64,000 nucleotides of DNA from an uncultured Chloroflexia bacterium (GCA_963776395.1 CAVZML010000006.1:197312-261311); one strand, 5' to 3'. Counted from the stretch's first letter, positions 1 through 12,416 are shown. A program made the numbers and translations. The notes: generated from the letters alone by a model not told the origin.

Positions 1-3000
1 TCTTCGGCGACGACCTCCGCAAGGTCCAGCCTGCCGTCGACGTCGACGGCTCGGACACGGCGATCTTCGACAACGTGCTGGAGCTGCTCCACCTCTCCGG
101 GCGCTCGCTCGCCCACGTGATGGCGATGATGGTCCCGGAGCCCTGGAGCCGCGACGACGCGATGTCGCCCGCGCGCAAGGCCTTCTACCAGTACCACGCG
201 TGCCTGATGGAGCCGTGGGACGGCCCGGCGTCGCTGGCGTTCACGGACGGGATCCGGATCGGCGCCACGCTCGACCGCAACGGGTTGCGGCCCGGCCGCT
301 ACTGGGTCACCCGGGACGGGCGCGTGGTCATGGCATCCGAGTCCGGTGTGCTCGACATCCCGCAGGCGGACGTGGTGGCCAAGGGCCGGCTGCAACCCGG
401 CCGGATGTTCCTCGTGGACACGGCCGAGGGCCGGATCATCGGCGACGACGAGCTCAAGGACGAGCTTGCGACCGCCAGGCCGTACGAGGCGCTGGTCGCA
501 GGGTCCCTCGCCCGCCTCGAAGACCTGCCGGTGCCGGCCAACGTGATCGAGCCGGACCACGAATCGGTCCTGCGCCGCCAGGAGGTCTTCGGCTACACCG
601 CCGAGGACGTCCGGATGATCATCGACCCCATGGCGGAGAGCGGCGCCGATCCGGTCGGCTCGATGGGCAACGACGCGCCGCTCGCGGTCCTGTCCGAGCG
701 GCCGCAGCTGCTCTACAACTACTTCAAGCAGCTGTTCGCCCAGGTCACGAACCCTCCCGTGGACGCGATCCGCGAGGAGATCATCATGGCCACCGAGCGG
801 TCCATCGGGCCCGAGGACAACCTGCTGGAGCCCGGCGACGACGCCGCGCACCAGCTTGCCCTGCCATCGCCGGTGCTGTCGAACGCGGAGCTGGAGAAGA
901 TCCGGGCCCTGGACGGCGGGCCGTCCTCGCTCGGCTTCCGGACCATCACGCTGCCGATCCTGTTCAAGGTCGCCGAGAACGGCGCCGGCCTCCGCCGCGC
1001 GATCGAGGACCTCCGCCAGCGAGCGTCGGAGGCCATCGAGGAGGGCTACAACCAGGTCATCCTCTCGGACCGCGGACACGACGAGACCGATGCGCCCATC
1101 CCGGCGCTCCTCGCCGTCTCCGCCGTCCACCACCACCTCGTGCGCGCCGGCACCCGCGGCCGGGTCGGTCTCGTCCTGGAGTCCGGGGAGCCCCGCGAGG
1201 CGCACCACTTCTGCCTGCTCATCGGGTACGGCGCCTCCGCCATCAACCCCTACCTCGCCTTCGAGACCATCGACGACCAGGTCCGCCTCGGGATCATCCC
1301 CGGCCCGACGGCCGAGGCGGAGAAGCGCTATCGCAAGGCGGTCGTCAAGGGTGTGATCAAGGCGATCTCCCGGATGGGCATCTCCACGGTCCACAGCTAC
1401 CACGGCGCCCAGGTGTTCGAGGCGCTCGGCCTCAACCGTGACTTCGTCGACGAGTACTTCACATGGACGCCCAGCCGGATCGGCGGCATCGGCATCGAGA
1501 TCGTGTCGCGCGAGGTGCAGCTGCGCCAGGTGCGCGCGTATCCGCCGAAGCGGCCGATCGTCCACCGCCAGCTCCCGCCCGGCGGCCAGTACAAGTACCG
1601 GACGGACGGCGAGCTCCACCTGTTCAATCCGCTCACGGTGCACACCCTCCAGAAGGCGGTCCGGACCGGCGACTACGGGACGTTCAAGGACTACACGTCC
1701 CTCGTCGACGACCAGTCGTCGCGCCTCGCCACCCTCCGCGGGCTCCTGGAGCTGCGGCCGGCCCTGCGCCCGGTCCCCATCGACGAGGTGGAGCCCGTCG
1801 AGTCGATCGTGCGGCGGTTCAAGTCGGGAGCGATGAGCTACGGCTCGATCTCGGGTGAGGCGCACGAGGCCCTCGCCATCGCCATGAACCGCCTCGGCGG
1901 CAAGTCCAACACGGGCGAGGGCGGAGAGGATCCGGCCCGCTACGAGCCCATGGCGAACGGGGACTCCAGGAACAGCGCGATCAAGCAGGTCGCCTCGGGC
2001 CGCTTCGGGGTCACCAGCGAGTACCTCGTCAACGCCCGCGAGCTCCAGATCAAGATGGCCCAGGGCGCGAAGCCGGGCGAGGGTGGCCAGCTGCCAGGAT
2101 CGAAGGTCTACCCGTGGATCGCGAAGACGCGCTACTCCACGCCGGGTGTCGGGCTGATCAGCCCGCCCCCGCACCACGACATCTACTCGATCGAGGACCT
2201 CGCGGAGCTCATCCACGACCTGAAGAACGCCAACCACGAGGCACGCATCAGCGTGAAGCTCGTGGCCGAGGTCGGCGTGGGAACCGTGGCCGCGGGCGTG
2301 GCCAAGGCGCACGCCGACGTGGTGCTGATCTCGGGCCACGACGGCGGAACGGGCGCATCGCCGCTGACCTCGATCAAGCACGCGGGCATCCCATGGGAGC
2401 TGGGCCTCGCCGAGGCGCACCAGGTCCTGCTCATGAACGACCTGCGGAGCCGGATCACCGTCGAGGTCGACGGGCAGCTCAAGACGGGTCGCGACGTGGT
2501 GATCGGCGCGCTGCTGGGCGCCGAGGAGTTCGGGTTCGCCACCGCGCCGCTCGTCTCGCTCGGCTGCGTGATGATGCGCGCCTGTCACCTCAACACCTGC
2601 CCGGTGGGCGTCGCGACGCAGGACCCGGAGCTGCGCAAGAGGTTCGCGGGCGATCCGCAACACGTCGTCAACTTCATGACGTTCATCGCCCGCGAGGTGC
2701 GGGAGCACATGGCGCGCCTGGGCTTCCGGACGATCGACGATATGGTCGGGCGCTCGGACAGGCTCGAGATGCGCCCCGCGCTCGACCACTGGAAGGCCCG
2801 GAACCTGGACTTCTCGCGGATCCTCGCGCAACCCGAGGTGCCGCCGGACCGGCCCCGCCACCGGACGATCGCGCAGGAGCACAACGTGGAGGCGTCGCTC
2901 GACGCGAGGACGCTCCTCGCGCTCTGCGCGCCGGCGCTGACCGAGGGCCTGCCGGTCTCGGCCACGCTGCCGATCCGGAACATCAACCGGGTGGTCGGGA

Positions 3001-3776
3001 CCATGCTCGGCTCCGAGGTCACCCGCCGCTGGGGCCGCGACGGCCTGCCGGACGGGACGATCGACCTGCACTTCCAGGGGTCGGCGGGCCAGAGCTTCGG
3101 CTCGTTCATCCCGCGCGGCATCACGCTCCGCCTGGAGGGCGACGCGAACGACTACCTGGCCAAGGGCCTGTCGGGCGGGCGCATCGTGCTGTACCCGGCG
3201 TCGGACGCCGCATTCGTCGCCCACGAGAACGTGATCACGGGCAACGTGGCGCTGTACGGCGCGACGGGGGGCGAGGCGTTCGTGCGGGGGGTGGCCGGCG
3301 AACGGTTCGCCGTCCGGAACTCGGGCGCCACCGCGGTCGTTGAGGGGACGGGCGATCACGGCTGCGAGTACATGACGGGCGGCCGGGTGCTGGTGCTCGG
3401 GCGGACCGGCCGGAACTTCGCGGCCGGCATGTCCGGCGGCATCGCCTGGGTCTACGACGAGGACGGCGGCTTCGCCTCCCGCTGCAACACGGAGCTCGTG
3501 GCCCTGGCGCCGCTGGTGTCCGACGAGCAGGACACGGCCGAGGTGGTGGAGCTCCTGGCGCGACACCTGGAGCTCACCGGGAGCGTGCGCGCCGCCGACC
3601 TGCTGGCGCGCTGGGAGGACGTGTCCGGGCTCTTCGTCCGGGTCGTGCCCCACGACTACCGGCGGGTGCTCGAGGCGCAGGCCCGCATGGTTGCGACCGG
3701 CCTGGACGCCGAGTCGGCCGCCATGGCCGCCTTCGAGGAGAACGCCCGGGACCTCGCGCGGGCGGGGGGATCCTGA
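1..3776 (+). CDS. gltB: Glutamate synthase large subunit, 5' end cut by window edge
   Basis: The frame is open from the window edge (FGDDLRKV... precedes the first Met at 75). The translation carries the glutaminase part ([12 protein letters not shown]), the FMN/Fe-S central part ([26 protein letters not shown]) and the C-terminal GXGXG-repeat domain. The TGA at 3774-3776 overlaps the gltD ATG. Confidence 0.95.
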   Translation, partial: FGDDLRKVQPAVDVDGSDTAIFDNVLELLHLSGRSLAHVMAMMVPEPWSRDDAMSPARKAFYQYHACLMEPWDGPASLAFTDGIRIGATLDRNGLRPGRYWVTRDGRVVMASESGVLDIPQADVVAKGRLQPGRMFLVDTAEGRIIGDDELKDELATARPYEALVAGSLARLEDLPVPANVIEPDHESVLRRQEVFGYTAEDVRMIIDPMAESGADPVGSMGNDAPLAVLSERPQLLYNYFKQLFAQVTNPPVDAIREEIIMATERSIGPEDNLLEPGDDAAHQLALPSPVLSNAELEKIRALDGGPSSLGFRTITLPILFKVAENGAGLRRAIEDLRQRASEAIEEGYNQVILSDRGHDETDAPIPALLAVSAVHHHLVRAGTRGRVGLVLESGEPREAHHFCLLIGYGASAINPYLAFETIDDQVRLGIIPGPTAEAEKRYRKAVVKGVIKAISRMGISTVHSYHGAQVFEALGLNRDFVDEYFTWTPSRIGGIGIEIVSREVQLRQVRAYPPKRPIVHRQLPPGGQYKYRTDGELHLFNPLTVHTLQKAVRTGDYGTFKDYTSLVDDQSSRLATLRGLLELRPALRPVPIDEVEPVESIVRRFKSGAMSYGSISGEAHEALAIAMNRLGGKSNTGEGGEDPARYEPMANGDSRNSAIKQVASGRFGVTSEYLVNARELQIKMAQGAKPGEGGQLPGSKVYPWIAKTRYSTPGVGLISPPPHHDIYSIEDLAELIHDLKNANHEARISVKLVAEVGVGTVAAGVAKAHADVVLISGHDGGTGASPLTSIKHAGIPWELGLAEAHQVLLMNDLRSRITVEVDGQLKTGRDVVIGALLGAEEFGFATAPLVSLGCVMMRACHLNTCPVGVATQDPELRKRFAGDPQHVVNFMTFIAREVREHMARLGFRTIDDMVGRSDRLEMRPALDHWKARNLDFSRILAQPEVPPDRPRHRTIAQEHNVEASLDARTLLALCAPALTEGLPVSATLPIRNINRVVGTMLGSEVTRRWGRDGLPDGTIDLHFQGSAGQSFGSFIPRGITLRLEGDANDYLAKGLSGGRIVLYPASDAAFVAHENVITGNVALYGATGGEAFVRGVAGERFAVRNSGATAVVEGTGDHGCEYMTGGRVLVLGRTGRNFAAGMSGGIAWVYDEDGGFASRCNTELVALAPLVSDEQDTAEVVELLARHLELTGSVRAADLLARWEDVSGLFVRVVPHDYRRVLEAQARMVATGLDAESAAMAAFEENARDLARAGGS

Positions 3777-5260
3777 TGGGCAGGCCGACTGGGTTCATCG
3801 AGTTCGCGCGCCGCTCCGCACCCGGCCGGCCCCCGCTGGAGCGCATCCGGGACTGGAGCGAGGAGCACCCGCACCTGGACGACGGGGCGCTCCAGGACCA
3901 GGCGGCGCGCTGCATGGACTGCGGCATCCCGTACTGCCACACCGGGATCCTGATCAGCGGGATGGCGTCAGGCTGCCCGATCAACAACCTCATCCCCGAG
4001 TGGAATGACCTCGTCTACCGGGGCCAGTGGCAGGAGGCCTCGATCCGCCTCCATCGAACGAACAACTTCCCCGAGTTCACGGGGCGCGTCTGTCCGGCGC
4101 CCTGCGAAGGATCGTGCACGGTCGGGATCAGCGGCGACCCGGTCACGATCAAGACCATCGAGCAGGAGATCGCGGACCGGGCCTGGTCCGAGGGATGGAT
4201 CACGCCGAACCCGCCGCTGACGCGGACTGGGAAGACCGTGGCGGTGGTGGGCAGCGGGCCCGCCGGCCTGGCGGCGGCCGACCAGCTGAACCATGCCGGG
4301 CACCTGGTCACGGTCTACGAGCGGGCGGGTCGCATCGGCGGGCTGCTGATGTACGGCATCCCCAACATGAAGCTGGACAAGGACGTGGTGGCGCGGCGGA
4401 CCGGCCTCATGGCCGAGGAGGGCGTGCGATTCGTGACCGGCGTCACGATCGGGGCGGACGTCTCGGTCGACAGGCTCCTGTCCGAGCACGACGCGGTGGT
4501 CCTGGCGACGGGCTCCACCCTGGCGCGGGACCTGTCCGTGCCCGGACGGGAGCTCGGCGGGATCCACCTGGCCATGAGCTTCCTGCGCGGCAACACGCGG
4601 CGCCTGCTCGACGGCGGAGTGGATGCCGGTGCGCCGATCGACGCGTCCGGGCGCGACGTGATCGTCATCGGTGGCGGTGACACCGGGACCGACTGTGTCG
4701 GCACCGCGATCCGGCAGGGCGCGCGCAGCGTGCGCCAGCTCGAGATCATGCCCCGGCCGCCCGAGACCCGGGCCGCGGACAACCCGTGGCCCGAGTGGCC
4801 GAAGGTCTACAGGCTGGACTACGGGCAGGAGGAGGCGAAGGCGCTGTGGGGCGAGGACCCGCGCCGGTACTCCACGACGACGCGCCGGTTCCTCGGCGAC
4901 AACGAGCACGTGACGGGGATCGAGATCTCCGACATCTCGTGGGGCGCGGGCGCCGACGGGCGGTCCGAGCTGCGCGAGGTCCCCGGCACCTCCCAGGTGC
5001 TGCCGGCGGACCTCGTCCTGCTGGCACTCGGCTTCACTGGGCCCGAGGCCGCGCTGCCGAAGGCATTCGGGTGCGAGCTGGACCCGCGGGGCAACCTGCG
5101 GACGGGGCTCGACCGGATGACGACGGTCCCCGGCGTCTTCGCCGCGGGGGACTGCGTGAGGGGCCAGTCGCTCGTCGTCTGGGCGATCCGCGAGGGCCGG
5201 ATGGCGGCGCAGGGCGTGGACCGCTTCCTGATGCACGGCGAGACGGTGCTGCCCGGCTGA
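3776..5260 (+). CDS. gltD: Glutamate synthase small subunit (NADPH)
   Basis: 494 aa with Cys clusters CMDCGIPYC and CPAPCEGSC and a VAVVGSGPAGLAAA dinucleotide fold. It is translationally coupled to gltB. Confidence 0.95.
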   Translation: MGRPTGFIEFARRSAPGRPPLERIRDWSEEHPHLDDGALQDQAARCMDCGIPYCHTGILISGMASGCPINNLIPEWNDLVYRGQWQEASIRLHRTNNFPEFTGRVCPAPCEGSCTVGISGDPVTIKTIEQEIADRAWSEGWITPNPPLTRTGKTVAVVGSGPAGLAAADQLNHAGHLVTVYERAGRIGGLLMYGIPNMKLDKDVVARRTGLMAEEGVRFVTGVTIGADVSVDRLLSEHDAVVLATGSTLARDLSVPGRELGGIHLAMSFLRGNTRRLLDGGVDAGAPIDASGRDVIVIGGGDTGTDCVGTAIRQGARSVRQLEIMPRPPETRAADNPWPEWPKVYRLDYGQEEAKALWGEDPRRYSTTTRRFLGDNEHVTGIEISDISWGAGADGRSELREVPGTSQVLPADLVLLALGFTGPEAALPKAFGCELDPRGNLRTGLDRMTTVPGVFAAGDCVRGQSLVVWAIREGRMAAQGVDRFLMHGETVLPG

Positions 5261-5575
5261 GTGGGGAGTCGGCTCCTGGGGATCTCTCCGACGTGGAGAC
5301 CTCGCGACGTCGGCCGCCCGGCGCCAGGGGCGGCGACCTCGGCCGCCCGCAGCGCCGTCGTGACTGAGCGTCGAGGATCTCGGGTCGAACAGCCAAGGGC
5401 GAGCCCCTCGCCGCCAGGAACGCGACTGGCAGTCGTGAACGCGATTGCTGCCCCGCGTGCGGGTATCCGCCTGTCCGCGAGGGGCGTCACCCGTGGCTCC
5501 TCGTGCTCAATTCCATGACGGAGCGTCACGGCCGGCGTACGAGGCTGGTTTGCCGATCGGGGCTACCCTCTGCGG

Positions 5576-7844
5576 GTGAACGAAGAGAGCCCAGAGCCCG
5601 TCCAGGCTCCCGCAACGAACTCCGCGGACGAGCCCGACACCGCACGTGACGCCGCACCGACCTCGGCACTCGACGTCGCGCCAGCCCCCGACCCGGCGCC
5701 CGACCCCGACCCAACGCCGGCCGGCTTCGCCGCGCTCGACCTCGACGAACGGCTCCAGCGGACGCTCGTCGCCCTCGGCTACGAGGAGCCCACGCCGATC
5801 CAGGAGGCGGCGATCCCGCCCCTCCTCGCGGGACGCGACCTGCTCGCGGAGGCTCCCACGGGCACCGGCAAGACTGCGGCGTTCGCCCTGCCGATCCTCC
5901 AGCACCTCGCCCGACGCATGGACGAGGCCCGCCTGGCCGGTACGCCCGTCGACGGCCGTGGCGTCCCGCGTGACGGCCGCGGAAGCCGCCCGTCGTCGCT
6001 CGTGCTCGCGCCCACGCGGGAGCTCGCGATGCAGGTGGCCGAGGCGATCCACCGCTACGGCAGGGATCTCGGCGTCCGCGTGGTCCCCATCTACGGCGGC
6101 CAGCCCATCACCACCCAGCTCGCCCGCCTCGCCCGGGGCGTCGACGTCGTCGTCGCGACCCCGGGGAGGGCCGTGGACCACCTCGACCGCGGCACTCTCC
6201 GCTTCGACGAGGTCGAGACGGTCGTCCTCGACGAGGCCGACGAGATGCTCGACATGGGCTTCGCCGACGACCTGGACAGGATCCTCGGGGCGCTCCGGCA
6301 AGACCGCCAGACGGCCCTGTTCTCGGCGACGATCGCCGGGCCAGATCGCCCGCCTCGCCGAGCGCCATCTCGACGATCCTGTCCGCGTCCGCGTCCACGA
6401 GACGCCGCAGGCCAAGGGCGAGGACGCCCGGGTGCGCCAGGTGGCCTACGTCGTGAGGCGTGCCGACAAGCTGGCCGCGCTGGGCCGCATCCTGGACCTG
6501 GAGGACGGGGCCGCGACGCTCGTCTTCGCCCGGACCCGGGGCGAGGTCGACGACCTCGCCGAGGCGCTCTCCGGCCGCGGCCGCGATGCGGCTGCCCTGC
6601 ACGGCGGGCTCTCGCAGGAGCAGCGGGACCGGATCATGGGCCGCTTCCGCGACGGCGCGCTGGACGTGCTCGTCGCGACCGACGTCGCCGCGCGCGGCCT
6701 CGACATCGGGCACATCAGCCACGTCGTGAACTACGACGTGCCGTCCTCGACGGACGTGTACGTCCACCGCATCGGCCGGACGGGGCGCGCCGGGCGGGAG
6801 GGCGTGGCGATCACGCTCGTCGAGCCGCGGGAGCACCGGCTGCTGCGCGACATCGAGCGGGCGGTGGGGCAGCCGCTGGAGATCGCCGGGCTGCCGACCA
6901 TCTCCGACGTCCGCGAGCACCGGATGGACGCTCTCCGGGCGCAGCTGCGCGAGGCCCTCGTCGCCGGGGACTTCGACCGCTACCGCGCGGTGGTGGAGCC
7001 GCTGACGGGGGAGTTCGACGTCGTCGACATCGCGCTCGCCGCCATCAGCCAGGCCGACGCCGAGGCTCGCGGCGCGGAGGACACGGCCGAGCTCGCGCAG
7101 GCGACGCTGCCGTCGTTCGACCGGCCCGGCGCCCGCGGCCCGGTGAGGCGGCCGTTCGGCCCCGATCGCGGGTACGCCCCGGATCGCGGATACGCCCCGC
7201 CGATCGCCGGGTCACGGATACGCCCCGATCGCGGGTACGGCCAGGGCCAGCCGGGCCCGCGCGGACCGTACGCCGCGCCAACCCAGTCCCGACAACCGTT
7301 TCAGCAGCAGCCGAGCCGCGATCCGCGGTTCGTGCGCGGTCCGGCCGGCCCGGGCCTCGGCGCCCCGCCCCCGTACGGCGCGGACCAGGGCCGGGGCCAG
7401 CCCTCCCAGCCGCGGCCCGTGGACCCGGATCAGTCCCGGGAGACCCGCCCCGAGGCGGTCGGTCCGTATGAGCCCCGGACCCGCCCCGGCCGCCCCGCGG
7501 GACCGGGCGAACACGCCGGATCACGACGGGGTTTCCGCCTCTCGGGATGGCACGATGCCGATGGGCGTCCGGTGATGCGCTCACCGAACATCGGATCGGG
7601 TGGCGGCGGCATCACGAGGCTCTTCGTCGGGGCGGGTCGGGCTGCGGGCATCCGCCCGGCAGACCTCGTCGGCGCGATCACCAACGAGGCCGGCCTGCGC
7701 GGCGGCGACATCGGGGCGATCCAGATCGCCGACGGGTTCTCGCTCGTGGAGGTCCCGGAGGCGGCCGCGGACCACGTGATCCGGGCCCTGCGCGCGGCGA
7801 CGATCAAGGGTCAGAAGGTGATGGTCCGCCGAGAGCGCTACTAG
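5576..7844 (+). pseudogene. DEAD-box ATP-dependent RNA helicase (DeaD/CsdA-like, C-terminal DbpA-type domain), one frameshift near 6333
   Basis: Helicase motifs are present: AEAPTGTGKT, PTRELA, DEADEML, SAT, HRIGRTGRAG. The N-terminal half is ORF 5576.. and the C-terminal half is ORF ..7844 in the +1 frame. The junction lies directly after the SAT motif (gcgacgatcgccgggccag), consistent with one extra nucleotide. Confidence 0.85.
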
Positions 7845-7907
7845 CGAGCTCCCGGCGCGGATCGGGCCGTGTCGATGCCCCGTCACGTCGCGCCGCCGAG
7901 GGGCGGC

Positions 7908-8753
7908 CTACCCCTCGCCGCCGCTCCGGTCGCGCAGGAAGCGCTCGATCTCGGTGATCAGGTCGTCGCCCTCGGGCAGGCGTGATTCGTCCACCATCGC
8001 TTCGAGACGCCCCACGTAGGCGTGCGTGGACTCGTCGGCCGCCGCGGCGGCGTCCAGGCGCACGCGGAGCGCCCGGGCCTCCTCGGACAGGTCCCCGCGC
8101 GGCAGCTCAACGTCCAGGTGGCGTTCCAGGGCGCGGAGGAGGGCGACCGAGGCCGTCGAGTAGTCCCCCGTGACGTAGTGGGGGATCTGCGCGAAGTAGC
8201 CGACCGCCGGGATGCCCGCGGCCGACGCCGCCATCTCGAGCATCGACAGCGCCGCCGACGGCACCCTCATCAGGCCCGTGGGGCCGGCCTGGACGCCGCC
8301 GCGCAGGAGGCCGGGGCTCGACTCCGTGCCGAGGATCGGCACGGGACGCGTGTGCGGGACCGCGGCCGGGATCGCGCCGAGGCTGATCCAGGTCCGGACG
8401 TCGAGTCGCTGCAGGAGCTCCACGACGGCGTCGGCGAGGGCGTGCCAGCGGTCGTCCGGCTCGGAGCCGGACAGGATCAGGATGTCCCGGTCCGACAGCC
8501 GGGCGTGGCGCAGCGCCAGCTCCGGCCAGGCCAGCGTCGACAGCCGCCCGTCCCGGATCTCGAGCGTGGGCCGGCGGGAGCGGTAGTCGAACAGTGCGTC
8601 GGAGTCGAAGCTGGCGATCCGGGTCCCGCCCTCGGCGAGCACGGCGACGGCGCCGGTCGCGGCGGACCCCGCGTCCACCCAGCCGTCCATGGCGGCGATG
8701 ACGACTGGCGCGACCAGCGACGGCAGCGGGTCTTCGATGCTGTACAGCGGCAT
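7908..8753 (-). CDS. PAC2 (proteasome-assembly-chaperone-like) family protein
   Basis: The sequence MPLYSIEDP...VVIAAMDGWVDAGSAATGA... matches the PAC2 family pattern. I chose ATG 8753 as the start. The extra 123 upstream codons of ORF 7908..9122 are Arg/Ala-rich and non-protein-like. Confidence 0.8.
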   Translation of the reverse strand: MPLYSIEDPLPSLVAPVVIAAMDGWVDAGSAATGAVAVLAEGGTRIASFDSDALFDYRSRRPTLEIRDGRLSTLAWPELALRHARLSDRDILILSGSEPDDRWHALADAVVELLQRLDVRTWISLGAIPAAVPHTRPVPILGTESSPGLLRGGVQAGPTGLMRVPSAALSMLEMAASAAGIPAVGYFAQIPHYVTGDYSTASVALLRALERHLDVELPRGDLSEEARALRVRLDAAAAADESTHAYVGRLEAMVDESRLPEGDDLITEIERFLRDRSGGEG

Positions 8754-8952
8754 GGCCGAAGGATACGGCGCCGGAGCGGGGCGGCGTACGCCGGGCGACC
8801 GGGTTTGCCTCCGGGCGGTGGCGACGACGCCTCCGCCGACGAGGCGCGCTCGCGGCATGTCCCGTCCGGCGGGCCGGTTCGCGCCACTACTCGCCGAGGC
8901 TCGGCCCGGGGCGTTACCCTCTGCCGACCGCGAGGGAGGCTTGACGAACCGG

Positions 8953-10157
8953 ATGATCCGCGCCACGGCGTTCCACGAGCGGACCGCGGCCCTGAACGAG
9001 ACCGGCCTCTGGAGCCACTGGGCCGGCCACCTGGCCGCCGAGCGATACGCCCCGTCCGAGAAGACGGAATACTTCGCGGTCCGGAATGCTGCCGGGATCT
9101 TCGACACCTCGCCGCTGGTCAAGACGCGCTTCTCGGGGCGGGGCGCGGAGCGGTTCCTGGCCGGCGTCCTGGCGAGGGATCCCAGGATTCTGGCGCCCGG
9201 TCGCGCCCAGTACGCGATCTGGTGCGACGACCGGGGCTTCCTCGTCGAGGACGGCGTCCTGCTCCGCCACGGCCGCGGACGAGTTCATCCTGACGTCGGC
9301 GGAACCATGTCTCGGCCTGGTTCTCGGACCTGGCGGGCCGGCGTGACGCGGTGGCGATCGAGGACGTCTCGGACGACCACGCGGTCCTGTCGGTCCAGGG
9401 GCCGCGCTCGCGGACGGTCCTCGAGCGCGTGGAGCCGGTGGTCGCGACGCTGCGTCCGTTCCAGCTCGCGCCGGGTGCGATCGCTGGGCGGCCGGTGACG
9501 ATCTCCCGCACCGGGTACACGGGCGACCTCGGCTACGAGGTCTGGACCCGGGAGGAGCACGCACTGGCGGTCTGGGACGCGGTCTGGGCGGCGTCACGCG
9601 GGCACGGCGCGCTCCCGTTCGGGCTGCAGGCGCTCTACATGGCGAGGATCGAGGCCGGGCTCCTCCTCCTCGACGTGGACTACCGCTCCAGCCGGTTCGC
9701 GTGGACGGACGCGGACCGCGCGACGCCCCACGAGCTGGGTCTCGGCTGGATGCTGAGGGACGTCGAGAGCACGGATCGCGCCTTCGTCGGCCGCACCGCG
9801 ATCCGTCGCGAGCTCGCGGAGGGGGCATCGCGCTTCCGGCTCACGGGCCTGGTGCTCGACTGGCGGGACTGGAACAGGGTCCACGAGGAGGCGGGCCTCG
9901 TCCCACCCATGGACCACGTACCCGTCCAGGAGGAGATGTTCGTGTACGACGACGCCGGCGTGCAGCTGGGCTACGCGACGAGCTTCATGTACTCGCCGGT
10001 CCTCCAGCGCCACATCGCGCTCGCGCGTGTGCCTGTGGCCCTGGCCGCCCCCGGGAACCGGGTCAGCTTCGAGATCGCCGTCAGCCACCGCTACGTCGGG
10101 GTCGTGGCGCACACGACCTCGCTGCCCTTCTTCAACCCCCCGCGACGGAGGGCGTGA
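8953..10157 (+). pseudogene. GcvT-family aminomethyltransferase / folate-binding protein, two +1 frameshifts (~9270, ~9313)
   Basis: The N-terminus (AFHERTAALNETGLW...AVRNAAGIFDTSPL) is in frame 1. A short stretch (AADEFILTSAEP) is in frame 2. The remainder (AIEDVSDDHAVLSVQGP...ISRTGYTGDLGYEVW...) is in frame 0. Confidence 0.8.
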
Positions 10158-10159
10158 CG

Positions 10160-11794
10160 ATGTCGACCTCGACCCCCACCGTGGCGGACCGGACCTGGGA
10201 TGCCATCGTCGTCGGCGGGGGCCACAACGGCCTCGTCAACGGCGCCTACCTCGCGAAGGCCGGCCTCCGGACCCTGATCCTCGAGCGCCGCCATCTCGTC
10301 GGTGGGGCGGCGATCACCGAGGAGCTCCACCCGGGCTTCTCGTTCACCACGTTCTCGTACGCCCTCAGCCTGCTCAGGCCGGACATCGTCCAGGACCTGG
10401 ACCTCGTGGCGCACGGGTTCATGCCGCTGCTGATGTCGTCCACGTTCGCGCCCATGGAGAACGGCGACTACCTGTTCCTGGACCAGGACCACGGGCTCAA
10501 CCGGCGCGAGATCGCGCGTCACTCGAAGCACGACGCGGACGCCTACGACCAATTCGACCACGACGTGAACAAGGTGCTCCAGGCCTTCAAGCCGCTGATG
10601 GACGAGCCCCCGCCGAACCTGTTCAGCGACGACCCCGACGAGCTCCTGGCGCTGGCCGGTCTCGGCGGGCGCCTCAGGGCGCTGCCGAAGGACGTCCTCC
10701 ACAACGCCGTACGGCTGTTGACCGGCAGCGCCGCGGACTTCCTGGACGACTACTTCGAGTCGGACGTCCTGAAGGGGTACTTCGCCAGCTCCTCGATCAT
10801 CGGCACCAAGGTGGGGCCGCGCTCCCAGGGCTCGGGACTCGTTCTCCTGTACCACCTGCTCGGCGAGCACGACGGCGTCATGGGCGCCTGGTCGTTCCAC
10901 AAGGGCGGCAACGGCGGCTTCACCCGCGTGCTCTCCAGGGCGGCGACTGCCCTCGGCGCGGAGATCCGCCTGGAGGCGCCGGTCGCGAGCGTGCTCCTGC
11001 GCGACGGCCGTGCGGCGGGCGTCGTCCTCGAGGACGGCTCGGAGCTTCTCGCCCCGGTGGTCGTCTCAGCGCTGGACCCGCGGCGAACGTTCACCGAGCT
11101 CGTCGACCCGCGTGAGCTGCCGGGCGACCTCGTGGACGCGATCCGCCGCTACCGGTTCCAGGGCACCTCCGCCAAGGTCAACTTCGCGCTCGACGGGCTC
11201 CCGGTCTATCCGGCGCTCGCCGGCCGCGAGGACCAGTACCGGGGCTTCACAAACATCGGCCCATCGCTCGACTACCTGGAACGCGCCTACGACGAGGCGA
11301 AGTACGGCTGGTACAGCTCCCGCCCGTACCTGGACTGTGCCATCCAGAGCACGATCGACCCGGACATGGCCCCGCCCGGCAAGCACGTCATGTCGTGCTT
11401 CGTCCAGTGGGTCCCGTACCGGCTCCGGGAGAGCGACTGGGAGACCGAGCGCGCCGGCCTGGGGGACACCGTCCAGCGGACGCTCGAGTCGTTCTTCCCC
11501 GGGTTCTCGAACCTGGTGCTGCACCGGGAGGTGGTCACGCCGCTCGACATCGAGCGCGTGGCGGGGCTGACCGAGGGCAACATCTTCCACGGCGAGCTGC
11601 TCGCCCCGCAGATGTACTTCTTCCGGCCGGCGCCCGGGTGGAGCGACTACCGCACGCCCATCGGCGGCTACTACCAGTGCGGCTCCGGGACACATCCCGG
11701 CGGCTGCGTGAGCGGGGCACCCGGCAAGCTGGCGGCGAGGGCGATCCTGAAGGACCGGGAGCGAGGGCAGACGGCGGGCGCCGCGTCGTCCTGA
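10160..11794 (+). CDS. Phytoene-desaturase-family NAD(P)/FAD-dependent oxidoreductase
   Basis: WDAIVVGGGHNGLVNGAYLAKAG is a Rossmann motif, and the C-terminal GGYYQCGSGTHPGGCVSGAPG is typical of the CrtI-like family. The ATG lies 2 nt after the preceding stop. Confidence 0.8.
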   Translation: MSTSTPTVADRTWDAIVVGGGHNGLVNGAYLAKAGLRTLILERRHLVGGAAITEELHPGFSFTTFSYALSLLRPDIVQDLDLVAHGFMPLLMSSTFAPMENGDYLFLDQDHGLNRREIARHSKHDADAYDQFDHDVNKVLQAFKPLMDEPPPNLFSDDPDELLALAGLGGRLRALPKDVLHNAVRLLTGSAADFLDDYFESDVLKGYFASSSIIGTKVGPRSQGSGLVLLYHLLGEHDGVMGAWSFHKGGNGGFTRVLSRAATALGAEIRLEAPVASVLLRDGRAAGVVLEDGSELLAPVVVSALDPRRTFTELVDPRELPGDLVDAIRRYRFQGTSAKVNFALDGLPVYPALAGREDQYRGFTNIGPSLDYLERAYDEAKYGWYSSRPYLDCAIQSTIDPDMAPPGKHVMSCFVQWVPYRLRESDWETERAGLGDTVQRTLESFFPGFSNLVLHREVVTPLDIERVAGLTEGNIFHGELLAPQMYFFRPAPGWSDYRTPIGGYYQCGSGTHPGGCVSGAPGKLAARAILKDRERGQTAGAASS

Positions 11795-12014
11795 GCCCGC
11801 GCTCGTACGGAGCCCCCACCGCACTCAGCCCCGCCCGCGCTGAGCCCCGCCGGAGCCTGTCGGAGCCATCGACGCCTGTCGGAGCCACCGGCGCCGTAGG
11901 TCCGGCCGAACCGTGTCGCTGGCCCCGCCCGACCATGTCGATTCGCGGCAGGTGCGTTCGTCGCACAGGTGAAGGCGGCGAAGCACCGACCGCCGGCAGC
12001 GGGAGACAGCACCG

Positions 12015-12350
12015 ATGGGTAACCACGTGTCGCACGTCGAGGTCGTGGGCAAAGACGCACCGGCCCTCCAGAAGTTCTACGCCGACGTGCTCGGCTGGAG
12101 CTTCAACACCGACAACCCGGGCGGCTACGGCATGACGCAGGTGGGCGACCTCTCGGCCGGCGTCGGCGCCAGCAGCGACGGAGGCGCCGGCCACGTGACC
12201 TTCTACGTCCATGGGGACAACCCGCAGGGCATCCTCGACAGGGCGACCGCGGGGGGTGGGAGCGTCATCATGCCGCTGACCGAGGTCGCACCCGGCACGA
12301 CGGTCGCGCTCTTCGCGGACCCGGAGGGCCACGTCGTCGGGATCATGTAG
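12015..12350 (+). CDS. VOC (glyoxalase/bleomycin-resistance fold) family protein
   Basis: 111 aa. HVEVVGKD...FYADVLGW at the start and LFADPEGHVVGI at the end are typical VOC beta-alpha-beta modules. Confidence 0.7.
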   Translation: MGNHVSHVEVVGKDAPALQKFYADVLGWSFNTDNPGGYGMTQVGDLSAGVGASSDGGAGHVTFYVHGDNPQGILDRATAGGGSVIMPLTEVAPGTTVALFADPEGHVVGIM

Positions 12351-12416
12351 GCGCTGGCGGGCCCGCCGCGTCGGGTCGCGCCGGGTCGCGCGGATGGCGC
12401 GCGGGGCGCGCGACGA

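Noticed and set aside
3968-5236. A 422-aa ORF antisense to gltD. Similar long antisense or overlapping ORFs include 12724..14592 (-), 21938..23584 (+), 42559..43935 (-), 48071..50581 (+), 49005..51290 (-), 60021..61541 (-) and 61687..62919 (+).
   Set aside because: Their translations are Arg/Pro/Gly/Ala-rich with no recognisable motifs. They lie opposite or out of frame to genes with clear family signatures. This is the expected stop-codon-poor artefact of DNA with about 70% GC.
6320-6345. Programmed ribosomal frameshifting at this and the other frame junctions.
   Set aside because: There are no slippery heptamers (X XXY YYZ) or consistent downstream structures at the junctions. About 45 events in unrelated housekeeping genes, some forming compensating pairs, are incompatible with programmed recoding.
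8754-8952. A glycine riboswitch upstream of the GcvT-family gene.
   Set aside because: The leader lacks the tandem GGAGAG...ACCGAAGGGGCAA-type cores. The gene is also not obviously the glycine-cleavage T protein.
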